A stretch of DNA of 36,640 nucleotides, taken from the NCBI GenBank assembly GCA_008636045.1, contig SNRW01000040.1, forward strand, positions 1-36,640, read 5' to 3'. Position numbers and translations under genes: made by a program. This stretch comes from Streblomastix strix (taxonomy: Eukaryota). Below, one piece after another: positions 11,663 through 23,990 of this stretch; position 1 is the stretch's first letter, and each line of letters begins with the position of its first letter. The notes under the pieces were generated by a model, which saw only the letters and a program-made list of their open reading frames with translations, had not been told where the DNA came from and searched no databases.

Positions 11663-12520
11663 ATGACATCAGCTGAAGTAAGTGCTATAATTTAAGGATT
11701 TAAGTCTGTAACAGCATAGTCACGAGATTATAGCTCCTATAATCCCCAAGATTTGATAAATGATGCACATTAAACATAAAATATAGTAAAATATGTCTTA
11801 GATCCATAAGTGGGATTCGATAATAGGATGGCTAATTAAAATTATTTAATGAACATTAAAGCATGAAATGATGAATCAAGCTAAGATATAGGATCTAGAT
11901 AACTTCCAACTGCTCCAAATCATAGTATAGAAGGTAGTTTAGAATAAATGATGCATTGGTTTGCATGAGAACCATCTGTAGATTATAGAGATAATCAATC
12001 AGGATATTAATAAAAGGAAAAAGATTATCCTGATAATTAATCAACAAAATCAGCGCCTATTTAGTGTGGTTACTAATTTAATGATAATCAACCATTTAGT
12101 TATGATTTAGCTTATTAAACTGATTTAACTCCGTCAGTTACTATTACAGAAGTGGAATCAGAAAATGATCCTTATATATAAGTAGAAGGATAATAATTAA
12201 AGAATAATAATTAAGAAAAGAAAAAAAACATGTAGTTTTTAGGAGGATTAGATTGAGGATTAGATCCAGTAAATATATACTATGGAAAAACATCGAATAT
12301 ACCAAAACCAATTGACTATTATCTATATGATAGAGCATTAACTTTAAGATAAAGCAAACGAAACTCAAACAAAGAAGATAAATTAAATAAATCCAAACCA
12401 AAAATAAATTTCATTAAAGCTGATGAAATGGCCAAATAAGTTGAAGCATAAGGCAAATTGAAAAAATAAACAGGGAGAAAAAAGAATTCATCTACTACTC
12501 GTAAATCAAAGAAACAGTGA
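11663..12520 (+). pseudogene. ~285-codon virus protein with polar N-part and Lys/Arg-rich C-terminus (possible core/DNA-binding protein); three internal TGA
   Basis: One frame from ATG 11663 (MTSAEVSAIIQGFKSV) to TGA 12518-12520 (...KKQTGRKKNSSTTRKSKKQ*); contains FLGGLD*GLDP at ~12236-12270. Confidence 0.5.
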
Positions 12521-12854
12521 AATGATGTTCGGTCTAGCAACTATGTTGCCGCTCTAAAGAGTACGACTGAAAAATCATTAAGGTTTCAATAGATCAAGTA
12601 TCTAAATTAAAGTATCGTCTGATATAATGTTTTTATTTAATATATCTATTATCATTGATTAATCATTTGAAATTTTTTGTTTAAATTATATTTATTTTAA
12701 ACGTTATCTTTTCCTAGCTTATCCACGTTATTTCTTAGCCATTTCATAAGTTTCTTATTCAGTAAAATTAATCTTGGGTCGACTAACTTTTTTAAGTTAC
12801 TTATCTAATTTACTCACTTTGCTCACTTTCCATTTATTTACCAAGAAAAAATAA

Positions 12855-14012
12855 TCAAAGGAGTTTAAATGTTCTCTTATATTTTTCTTTTAATGTTTCA
12901 ATACTATTTGTAATGATATTTGTGTAATATATTGGAACTTCGACAATTTTAATATCCTAATACGGTTTCAATTGCTCAAATACAACATTTCCGTGCTCAA
13001 ATTTTATAAAAGTAGCTATTTCATTAAATTATCTACGTTATTTTTCAAATCCATGTGCTGTTTTTTTCAAATCAAGATGAATGGTTATAATATTGCCTTT
13101 CTTTAGATCTAGTATATTATCTTTGTTTTATAATTCTTATACATCAACTAATTCTTTAATTTTTTATCTAATGTATATTCCTTCTAAATTTTCATTCTAA
13201 TTTACCTTATTAGGAGAGGATTTTTATTTGAAAGCATTATGTTTTATACTATTTTAATCATCTACTATCTATTATAATTACTTGTTATTAGCCATTTGTT
13301 AAGGATCTTTTTCAAACGCATTCCGTATCGTTCTAACTACTGAATCAACTACTCTATTTTTATTAATGAAAGAAGATGAATTATAAAAGTATTTTATTTC
13401 ATTTTCGTGAAGATATTATTTAATCTATTTACTTCCTAACGCTGATTCACCATCTGATCTAATATTACTTACAAGTTAGGTAGATTTTAATTATTTAATA
13501 CACTTTAATAGTTCGTTAGTTGATTTATCTTTGATTGGAAATACTACTAAAGATTTAGTGTTAAAATTAATCCAAAATAGATATTATTGAATTATTTTAT
13601 TAATTATTGGATGCATTATAAATATAATATCAATTTCCCAACTCCCTAATTCAGGTGAAAAGTATGGCAGTTAATATTTCTTTCTGGGTACTAATTTAAT
13701 ATCTTACACTATCTCAGATTTATCTATAACTTAACTCCTAAATGGATACATAATATTAGTTGGTTCTTATTAAGTTTTAGATTTTTAAGGTTTAACGTTT
13801 GATTTTATTCGTTCAACATGATATTTTTAAAAATTATCGAGATAAATCTTATACCATTAAGAAATAGTTTTATCTTCGAACTATTCCTCTAAATTATTGA
13901 TACTGAGTTTCTTTTTAAATACATAATTCAAATTCTTAATGAAATCCACTAATTTAATTTTATCAACTTAGAACTCCTTATCATCTACAAATTTGGTAAT
14001 TTATTTTTACAT
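12855..14012 (-). pseudogene. Retroviral-like (rve) integrase of the Polinton, frameshift near 13700-13760
   Basis: SWEIDIIF (~13635), NIRSDGESAL (~13455), NKNRVVDSVVRTIRN (~13340), then a downstream NSIKH motif; start MQKQITKF at 14012, stop TGA at 12855. Confidence 0.85.
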
Positions 14013-14214
14013 TTATTTTATATATAATTTTCATCAATATCCCTATGAATGTTGAAAAAAAATAATTATAAGGATAATTCTTAGATATAAAAATCATTAA
14101 AATTAGAAATAAATTTAATGCTGGGGGGGTTAAAAAATTTGTCGAAAATCGAAAAAAAATTTTTTTATCCTACAAATTTTTGCATTTTGGCTTTAAATAA
14201 CTAAATGCAAAAAA

Positions 14215-14287
14215 GGCCCCCGGTAGGAATTGAACCCAGCACTACTTCATTAAAAATTCACACATTTTCCCACTGGACTACTGAGAC
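14215..14287 (-). ncRNA. tRNA-like / degenerate tRNA gene in the Polinton terminal region (anticodon not assignable)
   Basis: Minus strand reads GTCTCAG TAGTCCAGTGG (A box) ... CTGGGTTCAATTCC (B box/T loop) TACCGGGGGCC, about 73 nt. Acceptor stem pairs 6/7 counting G-U, and TTTTTT follows immediately. Confidence 0.6.
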
Positions 14288-14363
14288 AATTAATTAAAAA
14301 ATAATATAGTAATTATTAACACTCTCATTAATTTATTTTATTAATTAATTAGCATCATTGCTC

Positions 14364-14591
14364 AGAAAGAAGAATGTTTGCCGTATGTTCGAAACCATAT
14401 TTATTATAATCAATTTATTCACATTTGTTCTATTTCATCAATTTGTACATTTTCCTATGATTAATGGAACCATACCTATGTATGTGCTTCCGCTCAAGGG
14501 ATTTTCACAAATTGACGGAAAAAGTTCAAAATCGCGGGTAAATTGATTATAATAAATAAGATTTTGAACTAACGGCAAACTTCTTCTTTCT
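14364..14591. repeat. Long imperfect palindrome (fold-back) at the Polinton end
   Basis: AGAAAGAAGAATGTTTGCCGTATGTTC (from 14364) pairs with GAACTAACGGCAAACTTCTTCTTTCT (to 14591). Perfect 20-bp arms at 14398-14417 and 14539-14558, plus an inner TCAATTTGT/ACAAATTGA pair. Confidence 0.85.
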
Positions 14592-14729
14592 ATACTACTA
14601 TTATTAATTTGTGGTCAAAATGATATGATAAAATCAGTTAATTATCCATTTTAACTACCAGTTAATATGAATATCAAAAACGAATTCATTACAACGGACT
14701 CAACATTGCAACTCATAAAGATACAATCA

Positions 14730-16000
14730 CTGCTGATTCATTTTTGCGAAATAGAACGTTTCTAATCTTTTGATAGCAAATGTTCTAAATTTTCTATTCG
14801 CGATTTCTTCGTAAAGTTTTAACATTTTTTATTTCACAACAAATAATTTCACTCTAATTTGAATCGAATGATATGCTATTATTAATGATCAATTGTGGAG
14901 AAGCAGAACCAGTTAAATTATTGGAATTGATATTATTAAATGTCAAGGAATGAAAATTTATTGCATATATAACAGACAATTTCTAATCATTTTTATTCCT
15001 AAAGTTTGAATCATCCTATCTTTATACTGATAGCAATGATCTTATAGAATCAGATATCGACGATATTTTTTTTCAAAATTGTTCTTTCCTAATTAGCATT
15101 CAACAAGACTAGCAAATGCAGTAACAGCAAATCCAATATCCATTACAATATTTCTCAGCCACATTGCTTTTTAAGATCTTTGTTTCATTGGTTTAATTTA
15201 TTAATTAATAATATCACTAAGAAAATAAAGAAATGAATTTAATGAAAATTAATAGTTAGATTTAATAATGAGATAATTATATAGAATTTAAATATACAAA
15301 TAAATATAATTCAAACCCAAAAGCAATATTAATCAATTCTATACATCCAGCTCCTCCAATACCAATTTCATCTTCATTTAATACTTAATTATTAAAATCT
15401 TTTTTATCTTTATTTTCTTTCCTTTCTCTTATTATTTCTCCTTTAAGAAATTTAGCACAATAACCAGCGAGCAATGAAGAGTCTAATCCTCCACTGAATA
15501 GTAAAACTGTTGGCTATTTATTTCTGAAATTGAAATTGATTAGTGGACGAAGAATGCGTATAAATTGAGATATAAGAGATTGATGGAGAAATGAAGAATT
15601 AAGAATCATTTCAGTTAATGATATTTTTAATTTATCATATTTTTTCATAGTTATTTTTTCTTTTTCTTCTTTTTGTTGAAAATTCAATTCTTCTCCTTAA
15701 ACTTAATTCTATTTCATATTTTTAGAAATCTTAATTTAATCAGAAATGCGCGAAAAAATGTTGAATTTGTTCAAAGTTAGGGTAAGATTGAAAGAACTTA
15801 TTTGTTTATTACTTTGTAATGATGAAGATTTATTAAATTCTAACCTTAACTTCTTTTTCTTTTTCTACCCCATTATCTTATACAAAAACACAGTAAACGC
15901 AAGGTTACATTTCTTCCCAATAAGGACACGGTGAACAAATTTTTGATGAAAATTCGTAAGGTAAGGATGTGGATTATTTATATAATGATGAAGATTGAGT
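14730..16000 (-). pseudogene. Asparagine-synthetase-domain (ASNSD1-like, PP-loop) gene fragment
   Basis: PTVLLFSGGLDSSLLAGY (SGGLDS at 15478-15495), then IELINIAFG and, after an AT-rich intron-like gap, MWLRNIVMDIGFAV. Boundaries uncertain. Confidence 0.55.
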
Positions 16001-16290
16001 AGATAAGAATGATGATTATTTTAGGATTTATAATGATGATACTTCTATAAGCCTAAATTTATCCTTCTTTTTCTTATAATTTGCATTGCATATCAAATTA
16101 TTTGAAATCTTCATAATAATATAGTGATGTTAGTAAACAAAAGAATTCTCCATTTTTATCGTTTTTAGACTTAATAAGAATATTAATCATCATTCTTATG
16201 TTAATATCTAATTTTTACTTCAAATTTGATTTATCATTCTATATATCATCCGTGTAATAATTATCATATTAAATTAGAAGATCATTATAT

Positions 16291-16385
16291 AACAACATAA
16301 GCTGCAGTGGAAAGTTAGAGTCAATGATTCAATAACATAAGCTACAGCTGTAATTCTGATACAATTATATAATAACATAAGCAAT
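16291..16385. repeat. Three degenerate copies of a 40-bp unit
   Basis: AACATAAGC recurs at 16294, 16334 and 16374. Confidence 0.5.
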
Positions 16386-17907
16386 AGAGATAATATTTTA
16401 ATATTATAAGATTTTTTTAAAAATTATAAAATGTTTCATTTTATTAATTAATTATAAAGTAATATATTTAAATATATATATATATATATGATTTATAAAT
16501 TCTTAAATTTTAGGTTAATTTATAGTAAATATAAAAATATTCTTAAAAATCCAGCCTAATTTGAAAAATTTTACTTTTGAAATATGATTAGTTAAGTACA
16601 ATAAAAAATCTCTTTTAATTATTTAAAATAATTAATTTATTAAAAAATTTAATAAAATTAGATAAATAAGACATATTCATCAAATATTTAATATGTCTAA
16701 AGCTAAAATAGCTAAAAAATAAAATATTTTTGCAATAATTAGCAATGAGATTAAGACTATGAGTAAATATATCAAAAATATTATTATTGCTTAAGGCTAA
16801 GTAACATATAATATAGCAAAGAAAAAATTATCAATTATGTTTGTCAGATTAGATATTAAAAAGTTTTTTATTTTTTGACGAAAGTATATAAAATTTTAAT
16901 AATCTTTTAAATTTTCTATTAAAAAATATTAAATTTTGTTATAAAAATATTCACTCTAGAAATTAAGTATTTCTAACTAATCAATTATAAAAAATATAAT
17001 TGAGTAAATTTTATAAATACGTGTTTAAATTCTATTAAGTTAATTATGTGATGTAAGTCGTTTGAAAATTTTTTCATTTAAAAAAAATTATTATTATAAT
17101 TATGTATGATTATCAGAAATAATTATCTTATATTTCCAAATTCGTATTGTATCATTAATTCTATAAAATTCAACTTTTTACATGAGATTATTAAGGTTTA
17201 ATTAACGATATAATTTAATTTTCTAATTTTCTTTTTATATTTCATATTATATTGCTACTGTTAATGTTAAAAATCAAATTGTTGATTATATTTTTTTTAT
17301 CAATTTAATTAGAGAGCATATATGAGTAAAGATCTCAGTGATGAAAACTAAAGTATTTATCGGAGCGTAAGATCTGAATCAAACCAAAGGTATGTTATTG
17401 CAAACAGCGTCCCTATTAAGAGATTTAGCAATCGCTTTCGGAGATTGGAAAAAGAGAATTTTGAAACAAAAAGCGATCGGTAATTTTGGAAAATATTGAA
17501 AATAGAATATGCAATTAAAATAAATATATAAAAAAAATATTGATTTAAATTTTTTTCTTCTGCGCTTATCGATTCACATAAAAATTAATTAATCACTTTT
17601 AATTAGATTTCATGCAAATTATTTTATCAATTAAACTTTTATAGAGATTAATAAAAAATAAATTGGAGATTAGTTTATGTTCCTTAAAATTAAAACTGAT
17701 AGCAGTTACAAGATTCAACTAATTTGATGAGATATACACATTTTTTTATAATTTTTATACAGTAGCTACATTTGCAGTTTGTGAATTTTTTGATCCTTAC
17801 TAAAACAAAATAGTTTGCGAGAATTGAAGGCGGATGCCTCTTAAGGCAGAACATAAACTTTATTATTTAATTTTTTTATATACATAGTATCCATATTTAT
17901 CTTCTAA

Positions 17908-18215
17908 ATTCCTGAGGAATTCTACTAACTTCTTTGGAGAGAAAGAAAATATTCTAGCTCAATGAAAAGAATCTAAATAACGTCGAAATCGGAAAGAAAG
18001 TGCATCGGTCTGAATCATCTGTACGTTATTGTTTGAAGAATTATACTCTCGAAAATAATTTTGCAAGTAAAGAACGAAAAGGACGTAATAGGGTCACAAA
18101 GCGGAAAAAAAGACTTTCAGATTAATAAGATATCATTATATAAACAATTACGCACTGCAAATTAGACAGATCAGACTGTTCTACGAACTTATGGTGTCGA
18201 TGTCAGCCACAAACT
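17908..18215 (+). pseudogene. Tc1/Tc3-family transposase N-terminal HTH relic
   Basis: GILLTSLERKKIFQLNEKNLNNVEIGKKVHRSESSVRYCLKNY...ERKGRNRVT...YGVDVSH matches the paired-HTH plus GRPR layout; no DDE domain follows. Confidence 0.6.
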
Positions 18216-21200
18216 GCTTTTTAAAAATAAAAATGTAAAGATCTTAATAAATCCATTCTTATAGTTATTAGATATGAGAATTTATTATTATTATATTATA
18301 TATACCATTATTCTATTATGGAAAATATATATATACTTTATATGCAAAATTTGGATAAAATAATTAAAAAAAAGAAAGATCGCAAATTTCAGATATAACT
18401 ATTGTAAATAGGTCTTGCTTTTATTTTTTTTTATTTAAACTTCATACTCTCATACTGATGTTCTACAAAGTACTTAAACTGTTGATTTTTATTTGAATTG
18501 TAACATCTTTATGAATTTTATAGGAACAACGCTTAGGCCCAACTTTTTAAGTTGTTAGAGTTGAAAATAACTTTTCTTCAATGTATTACTGTTACTTTCC
18601 AGCAAAATGATTGGTCAATGAGCGGCTAATTTTGTCAGATTTTAGAAAATATTATCAGGTTTGTTTATTTTTAATATTATCAAACATAATATGTTTATTT
18701 ATATCATAATAGATAGCTCACATTCTCTATTTGCTTGAACAACTTCTTTCCATGGGGTTCTACAATCGATGCGTTTGCTATGAGTATTATGGGTGTCACA
18801 TTCGGTTATTCAATATGATTGCATAAAACCAAAAGACTATTATAGAAAAAGGGAGTCCAAATTAAAAGTTCTAAATATTAGATATATAAAAAAAGAACGA
18901 ATATCGTAAAAAGTGATTAGAAAAAATATAAAAATTATGTATGTTACTACATCCACGTTCAAGTAGTGAGTGAAAAACAAACAGATTGGTTTAAGAAGTT
19001 TTTACAAATAACTCTGAATTTAGTAAAAGAAAAGTTAATAAATAAATTATACCAAAATGGAGGAAAGATTTTTAATTCGAAAAATCTAAAAATGGAAGAA
19101 AAGAAAAACTTTATAAAAGAATATTTAGATTATAGAAGATAGATGAAAAATTAGAATTTATCAATCATAATGCTTTAGTAAAGCAATGAATATTCAATGA
19201 TTAATTTAAGAATTGTGGTGTTGTTAAAAAATATTTTAGGACAAATTGAAAATAAAAGATTAAATAACCTTAAAATAAAGATTAAAAGATCATTTAATTA
19301 CAACGATATCATTTTTGATAAAGAAACTAATGTAATGAAATAATTATATTCGGAGTATTCAAGTCATTCTGATAAAGAATAAGACATTAATATGTTAATT
19401 ACAGAATACATAACGAATAAATGGGAATAAATAAGTGAATGCATACTTTATAATCTCTTCAATTCTGCAAATAATACCAAAATCAATATAGAATGAAGAT
19501 AAAACTATCAGAAATTATATATTGGACGTGAAATTGAAAAAAAATTAAAGTGATGGGCTAATATTCTGAATACATCATAGACTACAGAAAGAACAAGATC
19601 AAACATAGTACTAGTTCCAATATCAAACGTTAATCAAATCCAAATAAAGGTAATTTACTTCATCATCCAGCACGGATTTTACCTCCTTCTATCAACTCAA
19701 TAAATGTTTAACCTCTTGCAACAAATGAAATTTTACATACAGATATAAATTAGCAGATAAATATTGTTATTGCACCATAATTACCATTTCAAAATTAATA
19801 GTAACTCTTGAATTAGCAGCAATAGCTACTACGTTGGTGACAATTGCAATTCTCAAATGGAAATAGAATAAAGTGATTTCCAGAATCTCCAAATTCATGG
19901 ACAATTATTACTACATAAGCAACAAATTTAAATTTAAGAGCAGAATAGGAGATTATTAATTACATACGTAATAGAGGGCTCAGAATAAAGTACAAAATAT
20001 CTTATGGATGGAATTCTAATGAATTTGGATGCAAGAAGCAAAAGCAGTTAATTTGATGATCCATAATCTCATAATTCATTTGAGAACTTCTAATCTACCT
20101 ACAATCCAAATGAATTCAATGAGAACTTAATCAATAGACCTTTATAATGCTAATAATGTTACACTTTTGAATCAAACGACAATTAGATACAAATAGATGA
20201 ACAATACATTCGCATTGATGTTATATTTAAAATACTTAAAGAATTTATATTATTAATTTGAGAAAGTAGAGGAAATGGAAAAGAAAAGTAGATGTATAGG
20301 TAAAACACGACCTCGAGTTCAACCCCTTTTATCTAGTCATCGACCTATTTAGGGAAGAAAATAGTCTAAGTTAAAAGTCCCTGGACAAAGGCTCGAGAGG
20401 ACTGGAGCAGCTAATGGTTTCATATATCCAAACGCCTAATCTTCTCATATAAAACAACTCGCAGGTGGGAGTTACTTTAATCTTAGTTCAAATATGGATA
20501 TAGATATGGAATAGATAATTGGATGAGGTCTCACTCAAACATTATCTATATCCAGTAGTTACCCTAGCATTTATAGTCCCAACCGAATTGTAAATGGAAC
20601 CATGGAATCCAAGCGATATTACTGACGGTAATTTTGAAGCTTAAAGTGCGAGCACTGAGAGTATAAATTTTGGAAATGAGATGATTTTACTTCAATAATG
20701 TCACTTAGTAACTTATTACTCAGATGAATTTGTATTCGTACTTACTCATAGATAGGAATTCGAATAATATGAATTGGAACCGATGCAAGTTCAGGGTCTG
20801 TTGGAATTAAATAATCATCCAGATAATCCATAAAATGAAAGCCCACAGGGGTTTACAGAATAAACCAGAAGGAGCGAAGCGAATAAAGGCAGCATTCAAA
20901 ATAACTCTAAATCTTGTTGTATGAAGGAAAAATAGGGACTATAACATCGCCAACTTCGAATCCGGACCGCTCATACTGATGTAGTTCTGGAGACATTAAC
21001 AGCACGGCATTTTCTATAAACTATTCCTTAAAGAAGCAAAACCTCAGTATAACAACTTCATCTGAGTGGAAACCTCATAAGATACATTATTGCTTGTGGA
21101 TAATCTATTATAAAGAGTTTTTAATGAAAAGTTTATACTTAATCATCAAAAACAATTACAGCTAATAAAGACTAAAATAGACAACATTTTGATTCCCCTT

Positions 21201-21229
21201 TCAAGAGAATCAAATTGAATTAGAAACTT

Positions 21230-22970
21230 AGAAAGCAATGCAATAGGAGAAACTATAGGAAAGAAAAAATAGAAGAGATTCTTAAAGGACAAGTTAAATG
21301 GTGGAACCCAACCTATCTGGTTTCGAAACTATCGTGAAAATGGAGAAAGAAATTACATGCAAGTCTTCTTAACGTATAAATATTTCCGCTACATTTTAAA
21401 ATAATGGAGTCGAACAGATTTGATACGTTCTTATTCCTCACGATTGGGCAGTAACTCTCGATCTCAAATCGGCCATTCACCACTTAATTGTATACCCTCC
21501 ACATAGAGAATATCTAGCTTTCGAAGTTTATAATCACCATCATCAATATAGGGCAATGCTATTTGGATGTAAAAATTCCCCAATTTTATTTACTCAAGCA
21601 TTCACCCTTCTCTTAACAGAGATTCTTAAAACAAGAGACGTTAGAAAAATCTATTATTCAGACGATCATTTTCTTCTTTATCAAGATAAAAACCGGCTTT
21701 TTTACCAAATATAGCATATAATCCATATATTAATATAAATTAATTGGACAGTGTCAATGTATAAATGACAATTAACACCGAAATAGAAAATAAATTTGCT
21801 CGAATTAACTTGGAATTTGATAGAAATAGCACACTTTATAACAAAAGATAGAAGATTCCAATTAATAAAATAAGTAATTCAATTTACTACGAACACATAA
21901 ATGCAAAAAGTAATCAAAATAAAAGAAACTGCAGATCTGATAGGAAAATTGAATTTTCTGAGAACTCAATTAAAAAAACATCACTTAACGTGATGTTAAT
22001 AGACTCAGCTAAAACTAACGCAGTTAAAACATAAGACTGAGCATGAATAATGATATCATTAATAGAAACATAAAAGGAACTATATTGGTAAATTAATACA
22101 AATTGTAAATTGTAAGAAATAATAAATTTGTGACACAATTCCACAAGTAACTATAATGACAGATGCTTCACTACAAGAATTGTGAGCAACTCTTGAACTT
22201 GATTCCTGAGAGATTGTAATAGTTCATGAAAAATGACTAAGCTTCCAGATCGTCTCGACGGGTAATAGAAAAGAATTATGGGCCATTCACTTATGAAGTG
22301 TAACTTTCGTTAGAGTTTGCAAAGAGCTGCAGATAACTAATCTCCTGGTTAGGTTAAATAACTCTACAGCGGTATTCGATTTAAGAAGATTAAGAGCAAC
22401 AGACACTTTAGCAGCAGCAGCGATGGAGATTTACATCACTTGCATGCACTTGAATTTCAAAATAATAAAATAACATATGCCAGCAAAGATAATCCTGATA
22501 GCATATGTTCTCTGCAGATTGTGCAAATCAATAAACTTTTACCTTCACCAAATTTATTTATATTAAATATGAATCATATAGAATATTCAACTACCGCTCG
22601 ATCTGTTTGCATCATCAGCAACAAAACTGTTGCCTCTATATGTAACAGCTAACACAAGGTATTAACAAGCCCAATGGATAGACGCATTTTCGTACACTTT
22701 GACTAAGGAAATCCTATTAATGAAACTATCATTATCAATTTTATCAAAAGTTATCTCATATCCTAATAATAATAAGGTCTCAATTGCAATAACAATTGTA
22801 CCGTGGTGGCCGGGCAAACCATGGTTTACGAGATTAATGACACAGCCAAGAAAATTCTTTATCCTTGAATAGTCTAGCCAATGACTAATCAAAGGAATAA
22901 GCAGGGAAAACCTAAAAAAGTTTTTTACTTCCTGGAAAGATAACAGTATTCCTCATATATCAGATGAGAA
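21230..22970 (+). pseudogene. DIRS pol: reverse transcriptase, RNase H and adenine-methyltransferase-like domain
   Basis: VKWWNPTYLV, DWAVTLDLKSAIHHL, YRAMLFGCKNSP, YSDD (21655-21666); IMTDAS (~22160), NRKEL, NNSTAVFDL; LDLFASS...IDAFSY...IVPWWPGKPWF. Confidence 0.85.
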
Positions 22971-23990
22971 AACAGGAAGAATCATCTTAACTTAGATATT
23001 AGACTGAATAGGACTTTCTAGAGGAACTTAACAATTGTTAACCAACGGATAGAGATTCGAGACTTAAAGACATTACTTAAACGAAATGGAGGCATATGCA
23101 GAATTTTATTACAAACATAGTTTCAGAATTGACCAACTACTCTCTATAAGCTTAAGCTTTTTACTTTTAGAAATTATAAATTGAGTCACAAGATGGAATC
23201 CAAGCGCATCTTTTGTTAATACTCTCTAATCTTGTTAAAACACTAAGATCTGTCTCATCATTAATGTACCATAAATAAAAACAACTCCATTAAAACTTGC
23301 CTACAGAGCTGTTTTAATCAGTAAAATTATTAATAGAAGATAATCAAAACATTTGAGAAATAAGATGACTATTTAATTATTAGCGCTTGAAACCTGATTA
23401 CAAAGATTTATCAGACATAGTTATATAAACAAAATTGCATCGTTATTACTCTCCATATGTTTCTTTAGAATATATTAGGCAGCCTTAATAAACTTTGCCA
23501 TTTCGATCATAGATTATACAAACTAGACAGCTATTTTGAATCAATCACCAAAGTGGAACAACTCCATCGAGTAATATGAAATTTGAAGAACAGGAGATCA
23601 AAAAAGTCTGTTTTAATTCCTTATTATTCATTTGGCTTAACCGTTTATATTGGCATTATGGGAGAGATCCAAATATTTAAGCGACCCTTTTTTGGTAACC
23701 TGAAGGATAACCTGCAGATAAATGTCGAATCAGTCCTTGGCCAAACTCGCTTTTACGCGAAATCAGTATCCAAGGGGCAACTGCATACACATTTAAATAT
23801 GTAGCATCAACAGAATTAGCAATACAAGGACTCGAAACAACATAATTGAACATTTTTACGCATCACAGTGTATTTTCAAGAGCTGCAAGCAACTACTATA
23901 TATATGCTGCGAATGCAGGGATAAATGATTTTGCGTCTTAGCTCGTGGGAAGTCACTGTCAAAGCTACGCTACTTAAACTATCTCGCAAT
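22970..23990 (+). pseudogene. DIRS tyrosine recombinase
   Basis: IGLSRGTQQLL, SLLLSICFFRI (catalytic R region), ATAYTFKYVASTELA, IFTHHS..SRAASNYYIY. Confidence 0.75.

Larger units (their letters stand above)
1..14599. mobile_element. Endogenous Polinton/Maverick-like virus (right portion, left end outside window), partly pseudogenised
   Basis: Clustered pPolB, A32-like ATPase, rve integrase, penton-like and fibre-like ORFs, intronless and densely packed. Ends in ...TATACTACT at 14599, the reverse complement of the AGTAGT-type Polinton terminus. Confidence 0.9.

Noticed and set aside
100..12256. TGA reassigned to Trp or read through in the virus (in-frame TGAs at ~100, 396, ~9285, ~11864, ~11966, 12254)
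   Set aside because: TGG is used for Trp, genes end at TGA, and the same element has frameshifts, so mutational decay is the simpler explanation
12600..12833. Small basic minus-strand ORF with KVSRPK (AT-hook-like)
   Set aside because: Frameshifted with a degenerate motif; too weak to call
16291..16385. CRISPR-like array
   Set aside because: Only three ~10-bp cores at 40-bp period, eukaryotic context and no cas genes
18930..19500. Lys/Asn-rich open frame upstream of DIRS copy 1
   Set aside because: No recognisable domain; cannot tell whether it is host or element sequence
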